A stretch of 62,897 nt of DNA, counting the filler. It is 6 parts of 6 records of this genome, joined end to end, with 100 filler letters (N's around TTAATTAATTAA, not from the genome) between each part and the next. Parts side by side here need not be neighbours in the genome. Positions count along the whole stretch, not along the records: positions 18,643 to 26,852 come from SRR2962707_2184; positions 26,953 to 41,837 come from SRR2962707_2186; 4 more parts are not named here. One strand, given 5' to 3'. The position numbers were made by a program, and so were the translations under genes. Below the pieces are notes generated by a model. That model was not told the DNA's origin. It saw nothing but the letters and a program-made list of their open reading frames with translations, and did not search any database. Positions 20,162 to 29,353 of the stretch are shown piece after piece. Each line of letters starts with the position of its first letter. The first letter of the stretch is position 1.

Positions 20162-20986
20162 TTACCCCTTCACAGCACCGGCAGTTAGTGAGCGGCTGAT
20201 CTGGCGGTACATCACGAGCCCCAGCACAGCTGGCGGCAACGCCGCGACGATCATTACCGCCGACGCCGTGCCCCATTGGATGCCGCCTCCACCGGAGGAA
20301 AAGAAGAACGATGCCCCCACGGTCATCGGCACCGCATGACGCGTCGTCAGCATCAGGCCGAACAGAAATTCGTTCCAGGCAGTGATGAAGCCGAAGATGA
20401 ACGTCGTGACGATCGCCGGGCGGCATACGGGCGCGATGATCGAGGTGATTATCTTGAACCGCCCTGCCCCATCCATGTGGGCCGCCTCGTCGAGCTCGAC
20501 GGGAATGTCGGAAATGGCGTTGACGAGAATAACCAGCGCCAGTGGCAGGTTGACGATGACCAGGATCAGCCCGAGCCCCAATTGGGTATCGAGCAAGCCG
20601 ACCCATTGAAACATCATGTAGATCGGGATCGCGAAGATGATGAGCGGCAGCGCGCGCAGGTTGACGATGAGCGGCAACAGCGTCTGCCTGCCATACCCGG
20701 CCCGCGCCACGGCATATGCCGCGGGAAAAGCGAGGACGATCGCCAGCGTCGTGCCGATCAGTGCCGCCACCGTCGAGTTCCAGAGATAGGCGAAGATATT
20801 GAGCCTGTCGGTCACCTGAAGCACAGCGATGTAGTTTTCGAGCGTCGGCGCCTCGATCCATAGCCCGGGGTTGGTGGCGATTTCGCGACTGCTCTTGAAC
20901 GAAGTGACGAGCGTCGCAATGACGGGGAAATTAAGGGCGAATGCAGCGATGGCAAAGACCACCCAGCGCAATGCGGACAAGATCAT
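20162..20986 (-). CDS. Carbohydrate ABC transporter permease (MalG-like)
   Basis: Multiple TM segments; EAA motif ELDEAAHMDGA; AWNEFLF. Confidence 0.93.
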   Translation of the reverse strand: MILSALRWVVFAIAAFALNFPVIATLVTSFKSSREIATNPGLWIEAPTLENYIAVLQVTDRLNIFAYLWNSTVAALIGTTLAIVLAFPAAYAVARAGYGRQTLLPLIVNLRALPLIIFAIPIYMMFQWVGLLDTQLGLGLILVIVNLPLALVILVNAISDIPVELDEAAHMDGAGRFKIITSIIAPVCRPAIVTTFIFGFITAWNEFLFGLMLTTRHAVPMTVGASFFFSSGGGGIQWGTASAVMIVAALPPAVLGLVMYRQISRSLTAGAVKG

Positions 20987-21861
20987 TTCGCTCTCCTCGC
21001 AAGACCCTGGTTGATCGTGAACAGCACCGCGAATGACGCGATGAACAACAGGACCGACGCGGCTACGGCCGGGCCGATTTCGCCCTGGCGGAAAAACGCC
21101 TCATAGACATAAATCGAAAGCGACCGAGTGGAGCCGCCGGGACCGCTGCCGGTGAGCACATAGACGTTGTCGAACACCCGGAAACCGTCGATGAAGCGGA
21201 TAAACAGCGCTATGGCGATGGTGGGCGCCATTAGTGGAATTTCGATACGCCACAGCATGTCCCAACCCGTCGAGCCATCCATCTGCGCGGCCTCGCGCAC
21301 CTCGAGGGGAATGGCACGGTGCGCCATGTAAAACAGCAGAAAAGCAAACGGCGTCCATTGCAGCGTTTCGACCACCACAAGCGTCCAGAAGGCGTTCGCG
21401 ACGTTGAGGAACGCCGGGGCGGAACCAAACCAGGACCACAGGTAATGGGGAACCGGGCCCACGAACTCGTGCAGCACGAGGCGGTACATCAGGCCCACGA
21501 GCGCAGGCGCCACCATGAGCGGCAGCATGATGATGGCCAGCAGCCAGGAACGCTTTTCAAACAACGGCGCAAGAAAAATGGCGAGGAAGAAGCCGATAAG
21601 GCACTCGGCGAGCGCGGTGATGGTGCCAAAGCGAAGAGAGAACCAGATGGCGCGCCAGAAATCGCCATCGGTGAGCACGGCGGCATAATTGGCAAAGCCG
21701 CTCAATTCCGGCGCGCGCAGCGTCTGAAAGCTGACGTTGGACAGCGAATAGACGATGTTGACGAGCGCCGGAAAGCCAAGAAACAGCAGCAGGAAAATGA
21801 CCATGGGCGCGCTGAGCACGCCCCATTCGAGATGCCGCCTGGTATCCATCCGCTTATCCAT
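20983..21861 (-). CDS. Carbohydrate ABC transporter permease (MalF-like)
   Basis: GFANY, WTPF, EAAQMDGS, FDNVYVLTGSGPG. Confidence 0.93.
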   Translation of the reverse strand: MDKRMDTRRHLEWGVLSAPMVIFLLLFLGFPALVNIVYSLSNVSFQTLRAPELSGFANYAAVLTDGDFWRAIWFSLRFGTITALAECLIGFFLAIFLAPLFEKRSWLLAIIMLPLMVAPALVGLMYRLVLHEFVGPVPHYLWSWFGSAPAFLNVANAFWTLVVVETLQWTPFAFLLFYMAHRAIPLEVREAAQMDGSTGWDMLWRIEIPLMAPTIAIALFIRFIDGFRVFDNVYVLTGSGPGGSTRSLSIYVYEAFFRQGEIGPAVAASVLLFIASFAVLFTINQGLARRAK

Positions 21862-21886
21862 CAGCCAGTATCAGAAAATGAGAAAT

Positions 21887-21908
21887 CGGGCGGCGCGCGG
21901 GCCGCCCG
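21887..21908 (-). terminator. Hairpin between the binding-protein and permease genes (differential mRNA stability or attenuation)
   Basis: CGGGCGGC-N6-GCCGCCCG followed on the minus strand by ATTTCTCATTTTCT. Confidence 0.55.
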
Positions 21909-21924
21909 GTCCTTTGCACGGTGA

Positions 21925-23280
21925 CTATTCGGTCAGCAAGCTTTCCATGCCGCTGGCGACGGCCGCAAGCGCCTCGTCGAGCGTCTCCTGACCCGTCCAG
22001 TAGCCTGTGAAATGCTGAGCCTGAAGTTCATAGACGCTGAGCGCATTGGCGCCGGTTGCCCCGTTCATCACATAACCGTACTGGCTCGCGAATTCGCCAA
22101 GCTGGACAAGGTCAGGGCGTTCGTCGGCAATGGCCGCCACGACTTCGGGCGTCAGCGCCGGAGCGCCGCTGTTTGCGGCATAGGCAAGCGCTGCCTCTTC
22201 GGTCGAGAGGTACTGCAGGAAGGCCAATGCGCCATCCTTGTTGGGCGCATTCTGGTTGAGGCCGAGCCCCAGCCCATGGATATGTGTGGCACGCCCCTCG
22301 TCCCCGGCGGGCGGAGCAACGATTGCCACGGTATCGGCGACCGCGGGAGCGGTTTCAGGGTTGGTCAGCTCGCCGGCGGCGCCGTTCCATTGCAGCATGG
22401 TGGCTACCTGGCCAGAGACGAACGCTGCATTGGCCTCGGGGAATTCGTACGACGTCGAGTCCGCAGGCGTAGCGCCGGCATCGTAGAGCATCTTGTAGAG
22501 TTCGAGGCCGCGGCGGTAGGCTTCTGAATCGACAGTGACGTTGCCCTCGTCATCCATCCAGTTGCCGCCATACGAGCGGGCCGTGGACTGCCAGACCATC
22601 ATGTTGAACAGCAGGTTCTGCATCTGCAACACAGTGCCATAGCGCGTTGGGCTGTCGGGGTTGACGGCCTGAGTGAAATAGAGCGCCGTCGCGGCGTAAT
22701 CGTCCCATGTCCACTCATCGGGCGCCTTTGGTTCGAGGCGCTGGCCAAGATACTCTTCGGAGATGTCGCCATACGTCTGGGCGGCATCCGCGTCGCCCAG
22801 AAGCGCGTCAATCAAGTCCTCGCGGTAATACATGAAATGCAGAGAAAGATCGGTGGGCACGCCATACTGCTGTCCCTCGAACTGCATGGTCGAGAGAACA
22901 GACTCGCCATAAACGCTTTCGGCCTCGTCGGACAGGGCTACCGGCTCCATGAAAGGCGCATACCGGCCGATGGAGTAAGTGGCGATAAGGTTGAGATCGA
23001 AAGCCTGCGTGCCGGCAGCAAGATCGGCCTGCAGCTTGTCCCAGAACCCGTCGCGGGCAAAGAACAGCACTTCCACGCGATCGTCGTCGGCCAGCCCTTC
23101 CTGGCTGTTGTAGATTTCCGCGACGGCACGCAGCGCTGTTTCTTCCGGCCCACCCGGCCAGCCGAGCACCGTGACGGCAGCTTGCGCACTGGCGAGGGGT
23201 GCCACGGCGACCATAAGCCCGAGCGTCAGACTTTTGAGTGTTGTGTTACGCATGATCATGTTCCCTTTGGTTGATTTCAT
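21925..23280 (-). CDS. Sugar ABC transporter substrate-binding protein
   Basis: Signal peptide, YGVP, YYREDL, WTWDDY, FVSGQVAT. True start may be 23259 or 23253. Confidence 0.9.
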   Translation of the reverse strand: MKSTKGNMIMRNTTLKSLTLGLMVAVAPLASAQAAVTVLGWPGGPEETALRAVAEIYNSQEGLADDDRVEVLFFARDGFWDKLQADLAAGTQAFDLNLIATYSIGRYAPFMEPVALSDEAESVYGESVLSTMQFEGQQYGVPTDLSLHFMYYREDLIDALLGDADAAQTYGDISEEYLGQRLEPKAPDEWTWDDYAATALYFTQAVNPDSPTRYGTVLQMQNLLFNMMVWQSTARSYGGNWMDDEGNVTVDSEAYRRGLELYKMLYDAGATPADSTSYEFPEANAAFVSGQVATMLQWNGAAGELTNPETAPAVADTVAIVAPPAGDEGRATHIHGLGLGLNQNAPNKDGALAFLQYLSTEEAALAYAANSGAPALTPEVVAAIADERPDLVQLGEFASQYGYVMNGATGANALSVYELQAQHFTGYWTGQETLDEALAAVASGMESLLTE

Positions 23281-23286
23281 TACGTT

Positions 23287-24138
23287 TCAGGCCAGCTGGG
23301 CGATCCCCACGATCCCCGCCTGCCCTCCCAATTGTGCCGCGACGAGGGTTGGCCGCTGACGCGGCAGCAAATTTGCAAATGATGAGGCGATGCGAGCAAT
23401 AAAGCCGGGCGCGAGACCGATCGAACCGCCGATGATGATTTTCTCCGGGGCAAGTCCGAGCTGAATGTTTCCGCAAAGCGTGGCTATGCGGCGCGCCGAA
23501 AGGGCGATGATTTCGTCGGCCCAGCCGTCTCCGTTTCGCGCCGCTGCAAAGACGCCGCGCGCGTCGGTGGCATGGCCCTTGGCCTGCGCCATCTCGGCCA
23601 TCCAGCGGCCAGCGACATGGCTTTCGATGGGCGCGCTGTCGGCGATATCGCTGCGCAGTTGCCCGAAATGTCCGGCAAGACCGGTCAGCAATCGCTCCCC
23701 AATCACCACCCCGCCGCCGATGCCGGTGGAGATGGTGAGAAAGACGCAGCTTTTCGTCCCCTGCCCCGCCCCCAGACGAAATTCGCCCCACGCCGCGGCC
23801 TGCGCATCGTTGAGTGCCACGGCAGGTACACCGGCCAGTTCAGCCAGTGTGTCGGCCAGCGGAAAGTCTCCTGGGATTGAAAGGGTCTTTGGATTGAGCG
23901 CAGACCAGTGCCCGCTTTCCACGACACCCGTCACCGCAGCACCAACCCGGCTGTACCGACCGCGCCAAGCGGGCGCACGGTCGAACAGATCGGCGACCCA
24001 TGCGCGTGGGTCACCAGCGGCCGGCGTGGGAATTTCCACAGCATCCGCGATGGTTTTCCCAGCCACCAGCGCACCAAGAATCTTGGTGCCGCCGATATCG
24101 ATGGCCAAAACTATATCGTTGGACGCGGGCTGGGTCAT
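23287..24138 (-). CDS. nanK: ROK family kinase, N-acetylmannosamine kinase-like
   Basis: LAIDIGGTK, NDAQAAAWGE, TISTGIGGG, LAGHFGQ; adjacent to nanE. Confidence 0.8.
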   Translation of the reverse strand: MTQPASNDIVLAIDIGGTKILGALVAGKTIADAVEIPTPAAGDPRAWVADLFDRAPAWRGRYSRVGAAVTGVVESGHWSALNPKTLSIPGDFPLADTLAELAGVPAVALNDAQAAAWGEFRLGAGQGTKSCVFLTISTGIGGGVVIGERLLTGLAGHFGQLRSDIADSAPIESHVAGRWMAEMAQAKGHATDARGVFAAARNGDGWADEIIALSARRIATLCGNIQLGLAPEKIIIGGSIGLAPGFIARIASSFANLLPRQRPTLVAAQLGGQAGIVGIAQLA

Positions 24139-24142
24139 CGGC

Positions 24143-24853
24143 TCAGCCCCTCGCCCTGTCGCGGGCATCACGCCCTGAGGCATCTATGGCGTCCTTGTAC
24201 CAGGATACGATGTGTTCGGTGCGGGTAATGGCCGAGCCGACCACAACGGCATTTGCACCCATCGCCAGGGCGTGCGCAGCCTGTTCAGGGCTGCGGATGC
24301 GACCTTCGGCGATAACGAAGCCGCCAAGTGCTGCCATCTCTGCGATGAGATCGAAATCTGGAAGTGTGGGTTCGGGACCCGCGCCCAGATACCCCGACAA
24401 AGTCGACCCGATACAATCGGCTCCGGCAGCAAGAGCGGCTCGGGCGTCCCCGATCTCAGCGCAATCGGCCATGGCCAGGGCGCCCCCATCGTGGATCGCA
24501 ACGAGTATGGATTGGATGCTGTCCGGTCGCGGACGGGCCGTAGCATCGAACGCTACGATACTGGCGCCCGCGTCACACAGGTCGCGCGCCATTTCGGCCG
24601 TTGGCGTGATCCGAACATCGAAATCATCAAGATCGTGCTTGATGATGCCGATGATCGGGGCATCGGTAGCCAAACGGACGGCGCGAACGTAAGCCAGCGA
24701 CTCGATGCGCAACCCGACGGCGCCGGACGCGAGAGCCGCGAGCGCGAAGCCGACCACACAGGCCGCATTGTCCATCGGCCCGCCCGGCACGGGCTGGCAG
24801 GAAACAATCAATCCGGCATCGAGTTTTTCGAGCAGCGCGTGCAAAACATCCAT
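24143..24853 (-). CDS. nanE: N-acetylmannosamine-6-phosphate 2-epimerase
   Basis: GLIVSCQP, LRIE, PIIGIIK, RITP, AFDAT, GSTLSGY, IAEGRI, VVGSAITR. Start at ATG 24853. Confidence 0.92.
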   Translation of the reverse strand: MDVLHALLEKLDAGLIVSCQPVPGGPMDNAACVVGFALAALASGAVGLRIESLAYVRAVRLATDAPIIGIIKHDLDDFDVRITPTAEMARDLCDAGASIVAFDATARPRPDSIQSILVAIHDGGALAMADCAEIGDARAALAAGADCIGSTLSGYLGAGPEPTLPDFDLIAEMAALGGFVIAEGRIRSPEQAAHALAMGANAVVVGSAITRTEHIVSWYKDAIDASGRDARDRARG

Positions 24854-24896
24854 CCTTGGTTGGACGGAAACGATAGCACTGCCGATTGCGATGGCA

Positions 24897-24919
24897 ACTG
24901 GTTTCTTACTGGTATTATC
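24897..24919. promoter_or_regulatory. Putative GntR (NagQ-like) operator upstream of nanE
   Basis: Tandem ACTGGTTTCTT-ACTGGTATTATC; the 12-mer ACTGGTATTATC recurs exactly at 25706-25717. Confidence 0.6.
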
Positions 24920-25658
24920 GATGCAATTCGAGGACGAAATCGTACACGTCGCCCCTATAGCGGGTCTGGGTGTACTCGACGACACGGTCGCCGTGAAAGC
25001 AGCGGCGCTCGACGATCAGCAGGCTCGCATGGTCCTCAAGCATCAGATGCGCCTTGTCGAGTGCGTCCGCTGGCCCCGCCTGCATACGTTGCACCGCCCT
25101 CTGGGGCAGAACCCCAACGGCATCGAGCGCTTGATAGAGGGAGTCCGTAACCAGTTCCGGGTCACCGAGAAGGGCGGCCGGCACGACGGCGATTTCCATG
25201 GCGATCGGCACGTCATCGGCCGTTCGCACGCGCCTTAGGCGCAATATCGACGCGTTTGGGCCCAGGCCCAGGGCCATCGCTTCACTCGGCGTCGGAAATG
25301 CTATTTCCTTTGAAATCCATATACATCCGGGGGAAAATCCCCGGGATTCCATGTCTTCAGAAAAGCTTGATAACCGGGCCAGAGATTTCTCGACACGGGC
25401 GGTGACCTCAGTGCGGCTCCCCTGCCGCCGTCTGATGACCCCTTCTGCAATGAGGACGTCGAGAGCCTTGCGCACAGTGACACGGGAAACGCCCAATCGG
25501 CCCTCCAGTTCGCGTTCGCTTGGCAGCAAGGCGCCGCGCTTGAGTTTGCCCGTAGCGATCAGCCCATCAATGGCAGATACGATTTTGCGGTACAGGGGCT
25601 GCCCCGTTCCTTCGGCCAATTGGGCTGCCACGGCTTCGATGATCGTCTCATCGGTCAT
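24915..25658 (-). CDS. GntR family regulator, HutC/UTRA subfamily
   Basis: LPSERELEGRLGVSRVTVRKAL HTH, SFSEDM, SLYQAL, VEYTQTRYRGD. Confidence 0.93.
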   Translation of the reverse strand: MTDETIIEAVAAQLAEGTGQPLYRKIVSAIDGLIATGKLKRGALLPSERELEGRLGVSRVTVRKALDVLIAEGVIRRRQGSRTEVTARVEKSLARLSSFSEDMESRGFSPGCIWISKEIAFPTPSEAMALGLGPNASILRLRRVRTADDVPIAMEIAVVPAALLGDPELVTDSLYQALDAVGVLPQRAVQRMQAGPADALDKAHLMLEDHASLLIVERRCFHGDRVVEYTQTRYRGDVYDFVLELHR

Positions 25659-25705
25659 TGCGCGAACCTTTCGAAAAAAAGAGCAGGACGGCTTGCTGGA
25701 TGCAA

Positions 25706-25717
25706 ACTGGTATTATC
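25706..25717. promoter_or_regulatory. Putative GntR autoregulatory operator
   Basis: ACTGGTATTATC about 50 nt upstream of the gntR start, identical to the site before nanE. Confidence 0.6.
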
Positions 25718-25805
25718 CTATTTCTGCGTCAAACTCTTTTTTTCCAGCGCTGGCGGTGTAGGATGCGGCCACGCGCTCGGGTATGCCCGACCGGGGATCG
25801 TATGT

Positions 25806-26435
25806 TCACGCGGCCCCCGACCCGTCTTCGGGCCACGGCACGACCTCGACCTCCGGCCACACCCGCATGGCTCTTTCGCCCTTCTCGATATGGGCATGGC
25901 GGCTCTTGCCCAGTCTGTTGGGCGTCACGCGGAATGCAAACAGATCGTCGAGCCCGAATGGCGCCTCGATCTTGAGGCTCCCTTCACCATCCAACGCTAC
26001 AGCGACAGCATGCGTCCGCGACGCGTAGCGCGTCAGCGCCTCGGCCGATGACTTCAGCGGCGGCACATCGAACCCGAATTTCTCGCCGAACCACAGATGC
26101 ACGCGAGCCTGATTGCGGACCTCGACTGGCACCGGCGCATCCGACAGCCACCTACCGAGCCGCACGATCACGGCATCCTCGGCCTCGTAGCTCAAATCGG
26201 TATCGTCGAAATAGATGGCGTCAATATCCTTGACGCCATGCCAGGTTGGCCGCCCCGTCAATTCATTCCAGACGGTCTGATAAACCGCCCCGCCGCCCAC
26301 CAGTGCCTGTGGCAGTGCTTGCGCGCGCAACATCTCCAGAACGTTCATCAGCGCGCTATTGTCACGCACAATGGATTCCAGGGCAGCCGATTGTTCGCTC
26401 GGCGCGGCATTCGCAAATCGCAGATGATCCGACAT
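25806..26435 (-). CDS. Nucleotidyltransferase family protein (DUF925-like)
   Basis: GAVYQTVWN, KDIDAIYFD, EVRNQARVHLW, APFGLDDL. Confidence 0.85.
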   Translation of the reverse strand: MSDHLRFANAAPSEQSAALESIVRDNSALMNVLEMLRAQALPQALVGGGAVYQTVWNELTGRPTWHGVKDIDAIYFDDTDLSYEAEDAVIVRLGRWLSDAPVPVEVRNQARVHLWFGEKFGFDVPPLKSSAEALTRYASRTHAVAVALDGEGSLKIEAPFGLDDLFAFRVTPNRLGKSRHAHIEKGERAMRVWPEVEVVPWPEDGSGAA

Positions 26436-26467
26436 GCGGGCAGTCTATGGGAGTCGATGCCCGCGCC

Positions 26468-26852
26468 CTACTCCACGGTCACCGATTTCGCCAGATTTCT
26501 TGGCTGATCGACATCGGTCCCCATGAAAACCGCAGTGTGATAGGCCAGAAGCTGGACCGGCACCGCCGCAAGAATCGGCGCGACGAACGGGTGAACGCGC
26601 GGCATCTCGATAATATCATTGATTCCGCCACCAGCCACGGCTTTGCCCTCTGCGTCGGTAATCAGGATGATCTTGCCGCCCCGCGCCGCCACTTCGTGCA
26701 TGTTCGAAAGCGTTTTTTCCATCAGCTCGTCAGATGGCGCCACAACGATCACCGGCATTTCCTCGTTCACCAGCGCAATCGGCCCGTGCTTGAGCTCGCC
26801 CGCCGCATAGCCCTCGGCGTGAATGTAGGAAATTTCCTTGAGCTTGAGCGCG
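26468..26852 (-). CDS. glmS: Glutamine-fructose-6-phosphate aminotransferase, C-terminal part
   Basis: [27 protein letters not shown] and the C-terminus [15 protein letters not shown]. Confidence 0.97.
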
Positions 26853-26952
26853 NNNNNNNNNNNNNNNNNNNNNNNNNNNNNNNNNNNNNNNNNNNNTTAA
26901 TTAATTAANNNNNNNNNNNNNNNNNNNNNNNNNNNNNNNNNNNNNNNNNNNN
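26853..26952. other. Artificial contig spacer
   Basis: N-run with TTAATTAATTAA. Confidence 0.99.
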
Positions 26953-27351
26953 ACACAGCTACCCCGCCCATTTCGAGGCTGTCGGATCAAGCCAATAGAA
27001 TTCCGCTTGGCGGTACCGCGGCACCGTTATCCGACTTGGACAGATTGGCCACCAAAGGGCCTGCCCTGAGATTTCCGTCAAGCCTGATGCTATCTGGCTC
27101 TTGGCGGTTTGCCGTTGGCTTAGGGTCACGGCAACCGTCAGTAATTCGTGGGGCGGGAGTTCAAAGGAACACGTATTGCTGCGCGAGGTTTCGTCCGACG
27201 CCAGGAACGAGAGCCTGCGCTACGCCCTCTATCTCTCGGGCCTAACTGATGCTGCCGCAGGTGTGCTCACACATTTCAGTTTCAAAGCAACCTATTCATG
27301 AAATCCAAAGACTTAGTCCCTTAGTTAAATTTATTACTTGAGGGCCTCATC

Positions 27352-27921
27352 ATGCAGCATCAGAACTACATCCATGTCGATCACACCCATTTTTTTATCG
27401 GGGACACTCATCTGGGGCATACTGGAATCCTCGATATGGCGATGCGCCCTTACAACGACATCGCTCAGCACGACCGGGACCTCATCGCAAATTGGAATAG
27501 CGTTGTTAAGCCCACGGATACGGTTTGGCATCTTGGGGACTTTGCATGGGATAAGCTGCCGACAATCGACGCCGGTGCAATTTTTAAGAAGCTAAACGGC
27601 ATTAAGCGGCTCGTCATCGGCAACCATGACACCGAGGACGTTCAGAAATTCGGTTGGGCCAGCACGCATGATATGGTGATCCTCAAGGCCAACGGTGCTG
27701 ACTTGGTACTCTTCCACTATCCGCTTCGGGAATGGCCCGGTTTCTATAGTGGAGCCCTGCACTTCCATGGACACACGCACGACAATCTCCCGTCCGGGCG
27801 CCGTGTTTGGGATTGTGGTGTCGATCATCAAGGCATTGTTCCCCTGACATATGACCAGATATGTCAGCGCATGGTGATGTTGCCAGAACTCGACTTTAGC
27901 GGCGTGCCACTTGCTGAGTGA
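27352..27921 (+). CDS. Calcineurin-like metallophosphoesterase (short type common in phages and islands)
   Basis: Motifs GDTHLGH, NWNSVV, HLGDF, GNHD, FHYP, HGHTH, DCGVD. Confidence 0.9.
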   Translation: MQHQNYIHVDHTHFFIGDTHLGHTGILDMAMRPYNDIAQHDRDLIANWNSVVKPTDTVWHLGDFAWDKLPTIDAGAIFKKLNGIKRLVIGNHDTEDVQKFGWASTHDMVILKANGADLVLFHYPLREWPGFYSGALHFHGHTHDNLPSGRRVWDCGVDHQGIVPLTYDQICQRMVMLPELDFSGVPLAE

Positions 27922-27939
27922 CCGTTTAGGAGCACGAAG

Positions 27940-28713
27940 ATGCGAGCGTGGGTGATGTCTGACCTGCATGTCGACAGTACGATGTTCCTTCTCCCTCCCA
28001 CGCCGCCGGATATCGATGCCATCATTATCGCTGGTGACGTCGCAGACGGTCACGATGGTTCCACGGCCTGGCTTTCAGAGCACGCTGTCCCACGTGGTCT
28101 GCCAGTCCTCTACATCGCAGGAAACCACGATGTTTTCGGCCACGATCGGCTCGGTGGGTTCGAGACGCTGTACGAGGCCGCCGGGGTTACGCTTTTGCAT
28201 CCCGGGCGCCCGACAACGATCATTGCCGGATGCCGCTTGGTTGGGACAACCTTGTGGACCGATTATCACATCACTGGCGACGCGCAATCTGCGCGGGCTT
28301 GGGCCCGCCGGAGCATGCCTGATATGGTTTCCATCGACGTGGGCATGCGGCGCGTGACTACGCGAGATTTGCTGGAGGAACATGCAAGGCAACGTGCTTT
28401 GCTGGAGGAGGAGTTATCCTATCCATACGACGGATCGACCGTTGTGATAACGCATCACGCCCCGCACCCGGGTTCGTTGCGATCACCGGAAAAGCGCGAT
28501 CCTTCCGATGGAAGTTTCGCGTCTGACTTGAGCGATCTAATGGATGCGTTCCAGCCTGCTGCGTGGGTGCATGGCCATACCCATATCAGCCGGGATTACT
28601 ATCACAACGCCACGCGAGTGGTATGCAACCCGCGTGGGCCGGTCCTGACTACAAAAGCGGGCATTCGTATCGAAAACCCCGAATTTGACGAAGAACTCGT
28701 CATCGAGATCTGA
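27940..28713 (+). CDS. Calcineurin-like metallophosphoesterase (second, different subtype)
   Basis: Motifs SDLH, AGD, GNHD, GTTLWTD, THHAP, WVHGHTH, CNPRG. Confidence 0.9.
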   Translation: MRAWVMSDLHVDSTMFLLPPTPPDIDAIIIAGDVADGHDGSTAWLSEHAVPRGLPVLYIAGNHDVFGHDRLGGFETLYEAAGVTLLHPGRPTTIIAGCRLVGTTLWTDYHITGDAQSARAWARRSMPDMVSIDVGMRRVTTRDLLEEHARQRALLEEELSYPYDGSTVVITHHAPHPGSLRSPEKRDPSDGSFASDLSDLMDAFQPAAWVHGHTHISRDYYHNATRVVCNPRGPVLTTKAGIRIENPEFDEELVIEI

Positions 28714-28826
28714 CAAATTTCCAACTGGGAACGAGGCGACACGTTCTGAGCGTCTTGCCGGGCGTCCGAGCGGTTACTCCTAATCGACCGAAACTTCAGG
28801 GTCGATCATTTCGCCTGCGCCGAGGC

Positions 28827-29066
28827 TCATTCCTGGTCTCTGGGGTGGTTGAGCAATACGCCGACACCTGAAGCCGTGTCCAAGAATGTAACGCCTGCTG
28901 CCTCCAATGCCTCCCTCAACCGGTCGGCGGTTCGTTCGAACGGGCGTGTCTTATTGTCCTCAAGCGATCGGATGGTTCGCTCGGTCACACCCGACGCAGT
29001 GGCAAGCTGTTCCTGGGTCCAATCCAGCAACGCCCGTGCCGCTCGAAGTTGGCTGCCGGTAATCAT
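28827..29066 (-). CDS. XRE/Cro-type HTH transcriptional regulator (79 aa)
   Basis: MITGSQLRAARALLDWTQEQLATASGVTERTIRSLE...LEAAGVTF; ATG at 29066. Confidence 0.9.
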   Translation of the reverse strand: MITGSQLRAARALLDWTQEQLATASGVTERTIRSLEDNKTRPFERTADRLREALEAAGVTFLDTASGVGVLLNHPRDQE

Positions 29067-29353
29067 AGAGAATCCTTTGCCGTAAGTGTCCGGCGCACGT
29101 GATCCCCGGTCAAGGATTACTTCGGTCCCGATATTAACCATGATCGCAGAAACTCTTCCGTTTTCCGGCAATTTGATTGATATTGTGCGAATTCCGTGTC
29201 ATGTCTTCTAGTCAGGGTCGCGGCACTCTAGCGCTTCCCTCCTCGGGACATGCGCCCGATTAGAATGTCGACGGATGGGCCAACCCGCCGGCAAAAATCC
29301 TTGCAAAATTTCCCGTCCGCAGACCGCGACACTCATGTCGCCGGAGTAAACCT

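Noticed and set aside
26440-26952. glmS 3' end (classical attTn7) appearing next to the contig with the Tn7-like element
   Set aside because: The two are separated by an artificial spacer. glmS reads away from the spacer, and its downstream site is occupied only by the DUF925-like gene 32 nt after the stop, with no transposon end. No link can be inferred.
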